IMG/VR virus record: IMGVR_UViG_3300025237_000001
Span: 1-64,000 of that record
Direction: 5' to 3' (one strand)
Length of the DNA: 64,000 nt
Origin: a virus
Positions 1-9,341 of the stretch are shown piece after piece; position 1 is the first letter of the stretch; each line of letters begins with the position of its first letter. A program made the translations under genes and the position numbers. The notes under the pieces were generated by a model. The model had not been told where the DNA came from. It made no database searches and was given only the letters and a program-made list of their open reading frames with translations.

Positions 1-149
1 CTTATATACCCCCCCGTATGCCCCCTCAGAAATGGGGGTCGGACCTATAAATAAAATTTTATATTTTTTTAAATACTTGAAAAGTCGATTTTAATATCTA
101 TGCCATTAATAGCTGTCAAAATTTTTTTTAGAATTTTTTTTGGAATATA

Positions 150-181
150 TTTGGTTATATGGATTATTCGTTGTATATTTG
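150..181 (+). promoter_or_regulatory. Bacteroidota-type promoter (-33 TTTG / -7 TATATTTG)
   Basis: TTTG at 150-153, 20-nt spacer, TATATTTG at 174-181; matches the TTTG-N19-21-TAnnTTTG consensus and lies upstream of ATG 203. Confidence 0.65.
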
Positions 182-202
182 CATAAAGAAATAATAACTA
201 TT

Positions 203-487
203 ATGAATAGATTAAAATATATGTGTACCGTATTGGTATGTATTTTTATGTTAAGTTGTAGTGAATCTACAAATAACACATCAGAGAAAAAACCTGAGCC
301 TGAACCTAAAGTTCTTACTAATGTATTACTTAATCATAGTGGTATGCGATATATCAATCGATATGATTTCGAGGAAGCTGGAATGCGTTATGTGGTTTAC
401 CGAGAGGTTGATGGTGGTTTGATTATAATTAATATGACCAAGGATAGTTTAGAGGTGGAACATTTACGAAATTTAAAAAACTACTAA
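203..487 (+). CDS. putative lipoprotein
   Basis: ORF 140..487; the TTG start overlaps the promoter, so ATG 203 is preferred. It gives MNRLKYMCTVLVCIFMLSC, a basic-hydrophobic signal ending in a lipobox-like LSC. Confidence 0.55.
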   Translation: MNRLKYMCTVLVCIFMLSCSESTNNTSEKKPEPEPKVLTNVLLNHSGMRYINRYDFEEAGMRYVVYREVDGGLIIINMTKDSLEVEHLRNLKNY

Positions 488-490
488 GCT

Positions 491-643
491 ATGAAATTTG
501 GGATACAGAGTTATACGGATTACACGCAGAAGTTTAAAGATAACGTAGATAGTTTTATGTCTGCGAATGAGATATATCAAGAGGATATACTTTCTATTAC
601 GACTTCTAATTCACAAACCACCTTATGGTATTGGGGTATTTAA
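491..643 (+). CDS. small hypothetical protein (50 aa)
   Basis: ATG 491 to TAA 643 fills the gap between neighbours; read manually, below the ORF-track cutoff. Confidence 0.45.
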   Translation: MKFGIQSYTDYTQKFKDNVDSFMSANEIYQEDILSITTSNSQTTLWYWGI

Positions 644-655
644 AAAATTAAAAAT

Positions 656-847
656 ATGTATACAAAAAAACGAACAATAAAAGTAATAATAATAGCCTTT
701 ATCATAATGATGATAGGTTGTAGTATATCGGATTGGTCTATGGGAGTAGACCTTCAATGGGGATTAAATTTAATCATATCTTTCTATCTAGTTGGTCTAG
801 GCTCTTTATTTGGAGGTCTTGTTAACTTAATCCATAAGACCAAATGA
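656..847 (+). CDS. small membrane protein
   Basis: Two hydrophobic segments in 63 aa. Confidence 0.55.
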   Translation: MYTKKRTIKVIIIAFIIMMIGCSISDWSMGVDLQWGLNLIISFYLVGLGSLFGGLVNLIHKTK

Positions 848-1002
848 AAATAAAGATATTATATCTTTTGATAGTGGTTGTTATATTTGGATGTGTTAGC
901 ACATTTCAATATTTTAACTATGGGATTGAAAACATAACATGGGGATTGAATGTTCTATATGGATTTGTAGGGTATTGGATTGCTGAATATATAATTGATT
1001 GA
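844..1002 (+). CDS. small membrane protein (52 aa)
   Basis: ATGA overlap with the upstream stop; two hydrophobic stretches; read manually. Confidence 0.5.
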   Translation: MKIKILYLLIVVVIFGCVSTFQYFNYGIENITWGLNVLYGFVGYWIAEYIID

Positions 1003-1003
1003 A

Positions 1004-1231
1004 ATGATAGATTTTATAATATATATTGTTTTTGCTATTGTGGTGGATATGCTTACGCCTCATCAATTAAGGTTAAGGTCAAATAGGGAGTTAGGAGCCA
1101 TAGGAGGTTTGTTGATACTAATAGTTTACACAATTATATATTTCATTATCTTTGTAATCTTTTTGGATTGGATTGATTTATGGAATGCAATGGATTTCAC
1201 GATGGCTGAGAAGACAATTAATTTTAAATAA
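1004..1231 (+). CDS. small membrane protein
   Basis: ORF 995..1231, ATG 1004 preferred; two TM-like segments. Confidence 0.55.
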   Translation: MIDFIIYIVFAIVVDMLTPHQLRLRSNRELGAIGGLLILIVYTIIYFIIFVIFLDWIDLWNAMDFTMAEKTINFK

Positions 1232-1237
1232 CGTACT

Positions 1238-1387
1238 ATGTTTAGATTTTTTAAGAAGAAGGATAATGGGGTTAAAGTCACAGTAACTCGAATAAAAGTG
1301 GACCCTAATAAATGTATTTGTGATTTGATAAGGGAAGGTGTTATCACATCTGGATGGTGTCAAGAACATCATACTGATTGGACTTAA
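1238..1387 (+). CDS. small Cys/His-containing hypothetical protein (49 aa)
   Basis: ATG 1238 to TAA 1387; KCICD...GWCQEHH. Confidence 0.4.
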   Translation: MFRFFKKKDNGVKVTVTRIKVDPNKCICDLIREGVITSGWCQEHHTDWT

Positions 1388-1403
1388 ATTTATAAAAAAG
1401 TAG

Positions 1404-1847
1404 ATGGAAACTAATAGTCAAATAGAATTAAAATATTTAGCACCTTACTTACCTTATGGTTTGAAGTACCTTTATTTAAAAAAGGGTGAGGGTATTTGGA
1501 TGGACCCAGATAAAAATCATTTTCACACACTTTTAAGTTCTTGTGAAAAGGGATATCATTCCAAGTCAGATAAAGGGGTTATAATGTTTTACGAGAATCC
1601 ATTTAATAAGAAACTAATACTTAGACCGATATCAGATTTAAAAAACGAAGAATTTGAAATGGATTCGATATCGAAGGGTGCTATAATGTTTTTAGATGAA
1701 ACGGCAAATTTACCACACAATAGTAGGGAGTCACATATAGGTAGCATTCAGTATAAGGATATGGTTTTTTTACTTGAGAATCACTTTGATATATTCGGAT
1801 TAATCCGAATGGGTTTAGCAATAGATATTAATACAATAAAAATTTAA
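1404..1847 (+). CDS. conserved phage hypothetical protein (YLAPYLPYGL...LRPISDL...HFDIFGLI type)
   Basis: Motif set recalled from Bacteroidota phage proteins. Confidence 0.6.
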   Translation: METNSQIELKYLAPYLPYGLKYLYLKKGEGIWMDPDKNHFHTLLSSCEKGYHSKSDKGVIMFYENPFNKKLILRPISDLKNEEFEMDSISKGAIMFLDETANLPHNSRESHIGSIQYKDMVFLLENHFDIFGLIRMGLAIDINTIKI

Positions 1848-1952
1848 AGATATGGATGGAGATTGGGTAGATTATTTTTTGGATATAGCTAAGTGGGCTA
1901 TAATAGTAATAGTAATAATAGCCTTTGTAGTAGGCGCATTAATTTTTTAGAT

Positions 1953-2243
1953 ATGAGAGAAAGATTTGCAAGTTTTGTAGTAGGGATTTTAATTATAGGT
2001 GTTTTCTATTTATTCATCTTGGCAGCTTCGTTGCCATCATATGATTATTTATGTAAGGCTGATATAAATGGTAATGACCATTGTTTTCATTCTGATGATG
2101 GGAGATATGTCCAATACTTCACTAGGAATATAGGTATACATAACCGACAAGGAAGTTTCATCAACTTAGATGAAACACTTGCTGATGACATTAAAAAGAT
2201 TGAAGAAGAAAGAGAATTTATTAATAAATTAAAATGCGAATAG
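1953..2243 (+). CDS. membrane-anchored hypothetical protein
   Basis: ORF 1893..2243, ATG 1953 preferred; N-terminal TM segment. Confidence 0.55.
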   Translation: MRERFASFVVGILIIGVFYLFILAASLPSYDYLCKADINGNDHCFHSDDGRYVQYFTRNIGIHNRQGSFINLDETLADDIKKIEEEREFINKLKCE

Positions 2244-2482
2244 ATATGAAGACAAAAGAATTAGCTGTGTACAGCATACAAGTTAACATGTTACATGTTG
2301 AAACTGATAATAACGTTTGTAAGGTTTTACTTGCAAATGGGAATCATTTACTAATTACATGTGGGACAAGTAAAGATGCTAGGGAGGTTCAGAACACCCT
2401 AAATTATTACCCAATCTCAGGTAGGGATAATAATGCACTTGAGTTTTATTTTGAATTTGAATTAACTTATGAAAAACAATAA
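2234..2482 (+). CDS. hypothetical protein
   Basis: ORF in a tightly packed co-oriented run. Confidence 0.55.
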   Translation: MRIDMKTKELAVYSIQVNMLHVETDNNVCKVLLANGNHLLITCGTSKDAREVQNTLNYYPISGRDNNALEFYFEFELTYEKQ

Positions 2483-2484
2483 AT

Positions 2485-2763
2485 ATGTTACCATCACAAA
2501 AAAGAGATATAATTAGTAGGGTTAAGTTCATTCATTCTAATAGGGCTAAGTTGAAGAAACTTGAGGAAGACAAGAACGAACTTCAGGAGAAGATTAATAC
2601 ACTTGCACAGGAGACCAATCATAAGTTAGGGAAGCTTCATGGTGATATGGGTGAGCATAATGAGCTTAAGATAAAGCTTGGTGATATATATTATACACTA
2701 CTTAAGAAATCAACTGGAGTGGAGATAAGTAAATTTTCAGTAATAGACGAAAAAAACATATAA
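2485..2763 (+). CDS. hypothetical coiled-coil protein
   Basis: Heptad-like K/E/L-rich N-terminal half. Confidence 0.55.
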   Translation: MLPSQKRDIISRVKFIHSNRAKLKKLEEDKNELQEKINTLAQETNHKLGKLHGDMGEHNELKIKLGDIYYTLLKKSTGVEISKFSVIDEKNI

Positions 2764-2765
2764 TT

Positions 2766-3038
2766 ATGAATTTAAACAAACTAAAAGAATTTTTAAACAC
2801 TTTAACCCCACAAGAGTTAGAGGGAAATTTAATTGTAACAAGTAGATACACTAGTAGTGCTATTGAAGAAGTTAAAAGGAGTGAATCGAATTTGTATTGG
2901 TTAGGAGATGATGACCCTTCTGAACTAATTGATGAAGCAGCAATGAAACTCAGAGTTGAAGAAGAAGGGGATGATTGGGAAGATTTTGATGAAGACCCAT
3001 ATATAAATAAAGGGGATGTTTTATTAGTAACCAATTAA
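2766..3038 (+). CDS. hypothetical acidic protein
   Basis: ORF in co-oriented run. Confidence 0.6.
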   Translation: MNLNKLKEFLNTLTPQELEGNLIVTSRYTSSAIEEVKRSESNLYWLGDDDPSELIDEAAMKLRVEEEGDDWEDFDEDPYINKGDVLLVTN

Positions 3039-3048
3039 AAATAAAATT

Positions 3049-3465
3049 ATGAGTAAGATACAGAAAATATTTTTCGGAATCCATATCGGATTAGTAGCTG
3101 GTTTTATCATAGGTGGAGTTGCCGCATCACCAATAGCTGAAGGTATGCCATCTATATTATTAATTGTTTTATTCTTTGCAATGATAATGTTTAGTATAGG
3201 GGTATACACTGGGGATATTACCTTCAGGAAGAAGATTATAACGACTACCAAAGGTGAATGGACTGATGAGCAGCATATACGATGGATTTTTAATCGTTTA
3301 AAGCATGTTCATAATAATGATTTTGAATGGGCATATGAAAAGATTATGGTTGTTGATTTGCAATGGGCATACGATAGGATGTGTGATGTTCATGGTGAGA
3401 ACGTAAATTACGATTACATGATACGTTTAAATAAAATAATAAACAAAAAAAAATATGGAAAATAG
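3049..3465 (+). CDS. membrane protein with C-terminal soluble domain
   Basis: Two TM segments followed by a duplicated W-x-Y/F-(N/D/E)-R/K element and an ENVNYDYM motif. Confidence 0.55.
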   Translation: MSKIQKIFFGIHIGLVAGFIIGGVAASPIAEGMPSILLIVLFFAMIMFSIGVYTGDITFRKKIITTTKGEWTDEQHIRWIFNRLKHVHNNDFEWAYEKIMVVDLQWAYDRMCDVHGENVNYDYMIRLNKIINKKKYGK

Positions 3466-3730
3466 AAGAAATTGTTGTGCCGTAATTGCTAATATGCTTT
3501 TAGAAGTACCGTTAACTGAGGAATCTTTAATTGCTGACCTTGAATGGAATCTTGACGATGCAAGTTATAAGGCACCAGAGCAAACGATTCAATGGGTTCG
3601 AACCCATGAGACTTTATTAAAACACATTCCAAAGCCAACTGAAGAATGGCATTTTAAGGTCTTGTCAATTTTTTCTACGATGAGTGTAGAGGATATTAAG
3701 AAAGACGTAAATGATTTTAAAGTAAGCTAA
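3455..3730 (+). CDS. hypothetical protein
   Basis: ORF overlapping the upstream stop. Confidence 0.55.
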   Translation: MENRRNCCAVIANMLLEVPLTEESLIADLEWNLDDASYKAPEQTIQWVRTHETLLKHIPKPTEEWHFKVLSIFSTMSVEDIKKDVNDFKVS

Positions 3731-4272
3731 TGAAAATAAATGTGACTGAAATAAATATAGGGCAAAGATTATTAATTAAAAATAGATATCAGTGTTATCG
3801 AATTATTGAAAAGATTAGTGAAACACCAAAAACAATAACTTTTAAAGTAAAACATTTCATAAATGATATTAGAAGTATTGGTGATTTTGTTAATAAAAAT
3901 GTGACGTTCAGAAAATCTACATTTATTGAAAGTCGAGAAGATTTTATTGGAACAAAGTATGGACAATTACATAGAATAAAATCAGAAAGATTAAAAGATG
4001 TTATTGATAGAGGTTTTGATTTATATAAAGTAAAATCAAAACCAATATATAAATGGGGTGATGATGGACTAGAAATTGGTGATTATGTGTTTGCCATGTT
4101 TAATGGTATTAATTATGAAACTGAAACAATATTAGATGATGGTAGAATAAATTCAATACCACCATCAAAGAATTCAAATAAACCACAATTATCTGGATGG
4201 AATAATAAAAATGGTGGGTTTGAAGATTATTATGAAAAAGTAGATATAAATATAATAAGGGATAATATATGA
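3730..4272 (+). CDS. hypothetical protein
   Basis: TAATG coupling to the upstream gene, 180 aa. Confidence 0.55.
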   Translation: MKINVTEINIGQRLLIKNRYQCYRIIEKISETPKTITFKVKHFINDIRSIGDFVNKNVTFRKSTFIESREDFIGTKYGQLHRIKSERLKDVIDRGFDLYKVKSKPIYKWGDDGLEIGDYVFAMFNGINYETETILDDGRINSIPPSKNSNKPQLSGWNNKNGGFEDYYEKVDINIIRDNI

Positions 4273-4439
4273 GTTGGAAATATGTATACAACACGCATCA
4301 CATGAGGGGATTTAAATATCTAGCTAAAGCGTTACATTTAGCTAGTGAATGTGGATACGATTTTATTTTATGGAAAGGTGAAGTTTTATATATTAAATCG
4401 GCAGAATCAATTGGAATTAAAGAAAGTGAATTATTTTAA
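4269..4439 (+). CDS. small hypothetical protein (56 aa)
   Basis: ATGA overlap; read manually. Confidence 0.45.
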   Translation: MSWKYVYNTHHMRGFKYLAKALHLASECGYDFILWKGEVLYIKSAESIGIKESELF

Positions 4440-4448
4440 AAATATCAT

Positions 4449-4805
4449 ATGGCAACTAAATTAATAAAAAATATCGTTAGGGAATCCACGGAAGTTATTG
4501 ATGGGAAAGAGATTACGATAACCTTAACGTCAGACCAAAAGATTGAATTGAAATTAAAAGGTAAAAGGGGTAGTGGTGAGACTATTTATATTAAAGATTT
4601 ATATAATCAGTTATATGGTCTTGAAGGAAGTGATGGTGATAAAAAGAAGGGTGTTGTAAGTATTTCTAATACTCCGAAGAAGCGTGGTGGTGGTAAGATG
4701 ATATCTTTAAGTGATTTAAGAAGTCACAATGCTATATCGATGTTAGATATTCCTACGTTAGCTAAATTCGACCAGATAATAAAGAGTGTAATAGATAGTC
4801 CATGA
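4449..4805 (+). CDS. hypothetical protein
   Basis: ORF with AT-rich leader, 118 aa. Confidence 0.6.
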   Translation: MATKLIKNIVRESTEVIDGKEITITLTSDQKIELKLKGKRGSGETIYIKDLYNQLYGLEGSDGDKKKGVVSISNTPKKRGGGKMISLSDLRSHNAISMLDIPTLAKFDQIIKSVIDSP

Positions 4806-5155
4806 AACAAATTAAAGGTATAGTTGAACTTCACGGTGATGAGATTCAATTAAACGAAGGTAACAACGAAATATCAGTTGTAATCGAAAACTTAAGCCCC
4901 TACGATTTCGAGGGGGTAATAATGAACCAGACCAACACTTGGAAACTGGATTTGATAAAAGATTTATGTGAGGATGTCGGACTTGTTAAGATAGCAAAGA
5001 AAATTGACGGCTTATATACAAAAGCTGAAATGGAGGATTGTTGGTCAAAGGCTGCTAACTATACAGATGAGGTAATTCGCATCACTAGTGGACGCTCTAA
5101 CTTTTCTACACCAATTAGGGATAGTAAAGATAAGTTCTTTAAAGACAAGAAGTAG
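4802..5155 (+). CDS. hypothetical protein
   Basis: ATGA overlap with upstream gene. Confidence 0.55.
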   Translation: MKQIKGIVELHGDEIQLNEGNNEISVVIENLSPYDFEGVIMNQTNTWKLDLIKDLCEDVGLVKIAKKIDGLYTKAEMEDCWSKAANYTDEVIRITSGRSNFSTPIRDSKDKFFKDKK

Positions 5156-5196
5156 TTTAAGTGTATATATTCATCGATTAACGGCAATATTATTGT

Positions 5197-5220
5197 GAGG
5201 TTTTTCTACGTAAAAACCTC
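5197..5220. terminator. hairpin, possible terminator
   Basis: GAGGTTTTT-ctacgt-AAAAACCTC, 9-bp stem after the gene run; no long U-tract. Confidence 0.4.
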
Positions 5221-5257
5221 TGAATGACTTTTGTTATATTTTGACATATTTATTGAT

Positions 5258-5539
5258 ATGTGCAACGTTACGATAGCTAAGTCAAAATTACAACTATTAA
5301 CCTCACGGACCGAGAAGGACCTATATGCGTTACGGTATGAGTCAATGGATTTTTTACCTTTAAACGAAGATACTTACTTTAAGGTTAAGATGGTATGTAA
5401 TGATAATAGCTTAACTTGCCCAATCTACAAATACGCTGGTAGTATTAAATTCAGGAAAGTGGAAAAAAATGTTTTTAATGTTTTAAACACCCTAGCTACC
5501 GAACACAGTCTTTACTTAGACTACAAAAAGATTTCTTAA
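5258..5539 (+). CDS. hypothetical protein
   Basis: ORF 5231..5539; ATG 5258 lies 4 nt after TATTTAT (5247-5253). Confidence 0.5.
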   Translation: MCNVTIAKSKLQLLTSRTEKDLYALRYESMDFLPLNEDTYFKVKMVCNDNSLTCPIYKYAGSIKFRKVEKNVFNVLNTLATEHSLYLDYKKIS

Positions 5540-5557
5540 TAATTTAAATACATTAAA

Positions 5558-5863
5558 ATGAAATTCGAAGTACTAAAGAGTTTACAGCGAAAGCTTATTA
5601 ACATACTTAGCAGTGTCCAAGATAGGACGTTAGGTATAGAGGTTGGTAAGGAACTAATCACCAATTTATTTCAGAAGTATGAAGAATCTGAAAAGATTAT
5701 GTTATTAGAGCAAGACCTTCAGAGTGTAAGAAATTTCATACGTTCTAAACATTTATCCGCTGAATATGATGGTTGGTTAATGCGTGAGATAATGGCTGAG
5801 AAATTACCAGATAATTGGGAAGATAAGTGGAACGATGACCAAACACAAACGGGTCAAGAATAA
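5558..5863 (+). CDS. hypothetical protein
   Basis: ORF, 101 aa. Confidence 0.55.
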   Translation: MKFEVLKSLQRKLINILSSVQDRTLGIEVGKELITNLFQKYEESEKIMLLEQDLQSVRNFIRSKHLSAEYDGWLMREIMAEKLPDNWEDKWNDDQTQTGQE

Positions 5864-6448
5864 TTATTTCTTTTTAACTGGACGTTTCTTTTTAGCAGCT
5901 TTTCTTTTCTTGACGACTTTCTTTTTCTTCTTACGTTTCCACGTAGGTTGACCTAGAGTTTTCTTTCTTAGACCTTCATCGATGAGGGTTTTTTTTACGT
6001 CAAATTTTTCCGTAAGAATACTTACATTTAGTTGCCATTTAATCTTAGAACGTTCTTTATGTTCTTGGAAACAGAATCCTACATATGCTTTTACTTCATC
6101 TGGCTTCCATTTATTAACTTTTCCTATATGTGCGAAGACTTTTTTCTTAAGTCCTACCATAACGCTTCTACCGATGTGTTTCACTTGGTGACATCTAGGG
6201 CACAGTGATATAAGACCTGTTAGGAGTTGTGTTCCATCTTTCTTATAGGTCCAAATTTCGTGACATTCTAGTGCATGTTTATAACCTTGGTCGAGTCCAG
6301 AGCCTTTACATATTTGGCATTTAAATTTTGCCTTTGCGTATGAATCTTTTCTAAGTCTATCCCATTCTGATGTTGGTAATATTGAACGTACATTTTTATA
6401 GAAAGACGTTGAAGGGACTAGTTCAATTGTTAATTTAGGTTTTACCAT
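5864..6448 (-). CDS. HNH-type endonuclease with Lys/Arg-rich C-terminal tail
   Basis: CQIC...LECHEIW...LCPRCHQVKH Zn-finger HNH pattern. Confidence 0.75.
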   Translation of the reverse strand: MVKPKLTIELVPSTSFYKNVRSILPTSEWDRLRKDSYAKAKFKCQICKGSGLDQGYKHALECHEIWTYKKDGTQLLTGLISLCPRCHQVKHIGRSVMVGLKKKVFAHIGKVNKWKPDEVKAYVGFCFQEHKERSKIKWQLNVSILTEKFDVKKTLIDEGLRKKTLGQPTWKRKKKKKVVKKRKAAKKKRPVKKK

Positions 6449-6598
6449 TTAACATAGTTTTTTTAACTTCTTGCATTGACCAATTTGCACCTTCAAATAT
6501 TAATTGTTTAAGGATATCAATTGATATGTCTTCAACTTCATTTGCTTTTTCGGTTGCAAATTTGTCTAATTTACGGATATATTCTTCTTCTGTCATAA

Positions 6599-7081
6599 TT
6601 ATTTAGTGATTTTATCAAATGTATTTGAGTTATATATTAGGAAATCTTCAGTAAATTTCCATCTTGGCACGAGCCATCCTTTGGTATTTGAGCCTTTATC
6701 ACCAGCATCTTTTTTAAAGAAAAAGTTTTGTTTATTTTCTTCTATTAGTTTAAGGAAATCTGGTGTTTTAATATACCAGATTTCATTCAGATGTTTATAA
6801 TAGGTTACGAACCATTGTGCTTCGGTTACCATAATCCCAGATGCTTTGCCTCTACATTCCACTTCAACGAATATATTACCAGAATCATTTCCTAGTTCAC
6901 AGAAGACATCTGTCTTTATTTCATATTTTATAGATTTTCCATTTGCTTCTATAATGGCATCATATCGATTATCATTATTTTTTGATATCAGGGTGCCACC
7001 AAGTTTTTTTAGATGTTCTATCACGAGGTTTTCCCCGTTATTACCCTCGTTTAAATCCTTTCTGAAATTGTAGTGTGCCAT
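6599..7081 (-). CDS. PD-(D/E)xK nuclease-fold protein
   Basis: GE..V...RYDA...KYEIKTD pattern; ATG 7081 preferred over the upstream TTG. Confidence 0.65.
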   Translation of the reverse strand: MAHYNFRKDLNEGNNGENLVIEHLKKLGGTLISKNNDNRYDAIIEANGKSIKYEIKTDVFCELGNDSGNIFVEVECRGKASGIMVTEAQWFVTYYKHLNEIWYIKTPDFLKLIEENKQNFFFKKDAGDKGSNTKGWLVPRWKFTEDFLIYNSNTFDKITK

Positions 7082-7165
7082 GGCATTAAGTTTGTTCAAA
7101 AATAACGGTTTTTCAGAAAAAGTCAAGCTATTTATAATATAAAGAAATCTAAAAACAATAACATC

Positions 7166-7456
7166 ATGACAAACCTAAAATTCGATTATGTAACATTCTT
7201 CTATAAAATGTTTATTGTATTTTTAATCGTAGCCCAAGGCTACGCTTTAGTCTTTGGTGTGGTAAATTTATTCACATTATTTGTGAATTACATCACGATG
7301 GGATATTTGTTATTTAGATTTTATTTATTAGTTAAATTAAGTAAAAAGGCAAAGAAAGTTTACATGACCTTACCAGAATTTTTGGTAAAGCGTAATGTTA
7401 AGTTTGAACATTCTGATAAGTGTAAGAATTGTGATGTTAAGTGTCCTGAATGTTAA
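7166..7456 (+). CDS. membrane protein with C-terminal CxxCxxxCxxC motif
   Basis: Two TM segments, then KCKNCDVKCPEC. Confidence 0.5.
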   Translation: MTNLKFDYVTFFYKMFIVFLIVAQGYALVFGVVNLFTLFVNYITMGYLLFRFYLLVKLSKKAKKVYMTLPEFLVKRNVKFEHSDKCKNCDVKCPEC

Positions 7457-7731
7457 ATCTTAATAGATTTAAGGTATTTGGTCACGATTACGGACACATC
7501 TTTTTGGTTAAAACCAAACATATAAGAAACTGTTTCGATGATGTCTGAGGTGATATCCTCAAGTTTTAAATGAATACGGCTATTAATAGGGTAAATTGTT
7601 TTATCTTGTCTAACGTAGCCTTGAGGGATTATAATAGCACGAATCCATTTGTTCCTCTCGTTTCGAACTTTCCTGATTGGAAACTCCTTTTTGATATAGC
7701 TGTTAATAAAATTATTGGTATTTTCGCACAT
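7453..7731 (-). CDS. hypothetical protein
   Basis: ORF, 92 aa; ends with a ..MFGF..K motif similar to that of the divergent neighbour. Confidence 0.5.
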   Translation of the reverse strand: MCENTNNFINSYIKKEFPIRKVRNERNKWIRAIIIPQGYVRQDKTIYPINSRIHLKLEDITSDIIETVSYMFGFNQKDVSVIVTKYLKSIKI

Positions 7732-7771
7732 AATATTGTTTAATTAAAAAATAAGTAGTATAATTGTAAAT

Positions 7772-8098
7772 ATGAACAAAGTTCCTTTAAGTTATTATAT
7801 TAATATATTCATTACAGAAAAGTGTATTGAGATATATGACGTTGACAATAAGAAAACGTTAAGTGAATATTACAGTCATTTCTCATATTTGGGAACATAT
7901 TTTAACAGTGCAACAACAAGCCGTCCCGATTCGGTAAATTATACGTTTTGGGGATTGCTAAAAGCTATTGGGAACATGTATGGATTCGGTCCTGAACTAG
8001 CAACTAACTTCATTTCTAAGTATTTTAGAGATGATAAATATAAACAATATCTAGATTATGTGATTATGTATAATCAGTATCTAGAGTATAAAAACTAA
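7772..8098 (+). CDS. hypothetical protein
   Basis: Preceded by TTG(7736)-N20-TATAATTG(7759-7766). Confidence 0.55.
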   Translation: MNKVPLSYYINIFITEKCIEIYDVDNKKTLSEYYSHFSYLGTYFNSATTSRPDSVNYTFWGLLKAIGNMYGFGPELATNFISKYFRDDKYKQYLDYVIMYNQYLEYKN

Positions 8099-8104
8099 AC
8101 AATT

Positions 8105-8422
8105 ATGAATTTAGAAATTACAAGTAAAAATTTTGATTCACTTCTATCAGAAAAAGAAGTAGTCGTAGTAGACTTTTGGGCACCTTGGTGTGGACCATGT
8201 AGAACGCTAGGACCAATCGTTGAGTCGGTAAATGAAGCGAATACGGATGAAACGGTAGCAATCGTAAAGGTTAATGTCGATGAGGAAGGTGATTTAGCTA
8301 AGAAATTTGGTATTAGGAGCATTCCTACGATGATTTATTTCAAAGCTGGTGTAGAAATACGAAAAACTTCTGGTGTTAAATCAAAAACAGATATAGAAAG
8401 TATAATTGATGGGTTAAAATAA
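8105..8422 (+). CDS. trxA: thioredoxin
   Basis: VDFWAPWCGPC active site; F.IRSIPT cis-Pro motif. Confidence 0.95.
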   Translation: MNLEITSKNFDSLLSEKEVVVVDFWAPWCGPCRTLGPIVESVNEANTDETVAIVKVNVDEEGDLAKKFGIRSIPTMIYFKAGVEIRKTSGVKSKTDIESIIDGLK

Positions 8423-8438
8423 ACCTATTAACTTTATA

Positions 8439-8464
8439 AAAGCCCTCTATTTGAGGGTTTTTTT
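8439..8464 (+). terminator. rho-independent terminator
   Basis: AAAGCCCTC-tattt-GAGGGTTTT followed by a T-run. Confidence 0.7.
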
Positions 8465-8487
8465 AGTTTACAACCATATTTATAGAT

Positions 8488-8823
8488 ATGAATAAAAAAT
8501 TAATCATAAATAAGAGACAATTGGGGCTGATTAAAAATCACGTCAATGAGACTACTGCTAACGTCAGGTTAAGAAATAAGATACAAGATTTCTTAGAAGC
8601 TGATTATAAGCCGAGTGGTGGTGTTGAGCGTATGGGTAATGAATTTTACACTAAAGCGTTCATTGAGAAAAAGATTGATAAGGAAATGATTACACCGAAA
8701 GCATTGTATGATTATCTTCAACATAAATTTGTTGGGGTTGATAAAGCTACGCTTAAAGATTGTATAGAAGGTTGGTATTCGGGTGATTATAATAGAGAAA
8801 CTGGTATGAGAAAACGAAAATAA
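8488..8823 (+). CDS. hypothetical protein, possible internal head protein
   Basis: N-terminal KKLII..QL.LI...VNE motif; TATTTAT 4 nt upstream. Confidence 0.55.
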   Translation: MNKKLIINKRQLGLIKNHVNETTANVRLRNKIQDFLEADYKPSGGVERMGNEFYTKAFIEKKIDKEMITPKALYDYLQHKFVGVDKATLKDCIEGWYSGDYNRETGMRKRK

Positions 8824-8844
8824 AGAATATTTTTTTTTTATAAT

Positions 8845-8884
8845 AGACCTATCATCTCAGTATTAGAATGATAGGTCTTTTTTT
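8845..8884 (+). terminator. rho-independent terminator
   Basis: AGACCTATCAT/ATGATAGGTCT 11-bp stem plus T-run. Confidence 0.7.
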
Positions 8885-8958
8885 GTTAAAAATTGTGTTA
8901 AAGTTAGTAGGTTTGGGCTTGGGATGAACTATTTATAGTAAGATTAAAGAAGTAAATT

Positions 8959-9291
8959 ATGAAAGTAAGAAACTACGACCTTACTGCATTAGGAGATAAA
9001 TTCTCTGGCAGAATACACAACGCTTTTAGAAGCAGTTCGATAAATAAATTTTACACCAACCTTGAGATTGACCGTATGATAACCTATAATGAAATATTAG
9101 GTGAATTCATCGATTTAGGATACCAAGATTTGTATAATGAATTTGAAGAAAGAATTTGTGTCGGGGAAAACCCAAATATAATTTTAGAATCAATTATAGT
9201 TAGAAGTGACTATAACAAATCGACCTTGGGTTACCTATTGGGGATGATTCAATATTATATCGATAAAGATATTACAAAATTATTCTTATAA
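8959..9291 (+). CDS. hypothetical protein
   Basis: ORF, 110 aa; TATTTAT at 8930-8936. Confidence 0.55.
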   Translation: MKVRNYDLTALGDKFSGRIHNAFRSSSINKFYTNLEIDRMITYNEILGEFIDLGYQDLYNEFEERICVGENPNIILESIIVRSDYNKSTLGYLLGMIQYYIDKDITKLFL

Positions 9292-9292
9292 A

Positions 9293-9324
9293 ATTGTTTT
9301 TCTAGATTTTTTTTCGTATATTTG
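9293..9324 (+). promoter_or_regulatory. Bacteroidota-type promoter
   Basis: ATTG at 9293-9296, 20 nt, TATATTTG at 9317-9324. Confidence 0.55.
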
Positions 9325-9341
9325 CATCTAATAGAGTAAAT

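Noticed and set aside
1-50. GC-rich CCCCC/GGGGG hairpin at the window start
   Set aside because: Truncated by the window edge; cannot distinguish terminator, origin or other structure
3445-3465. A9 run at the end of ORF 3049..3465 as a frameshift site
   Set aside because: The -1 frame closes after about 10 codons, and the next ORF is in the +1 frame with its own ATG at 3455
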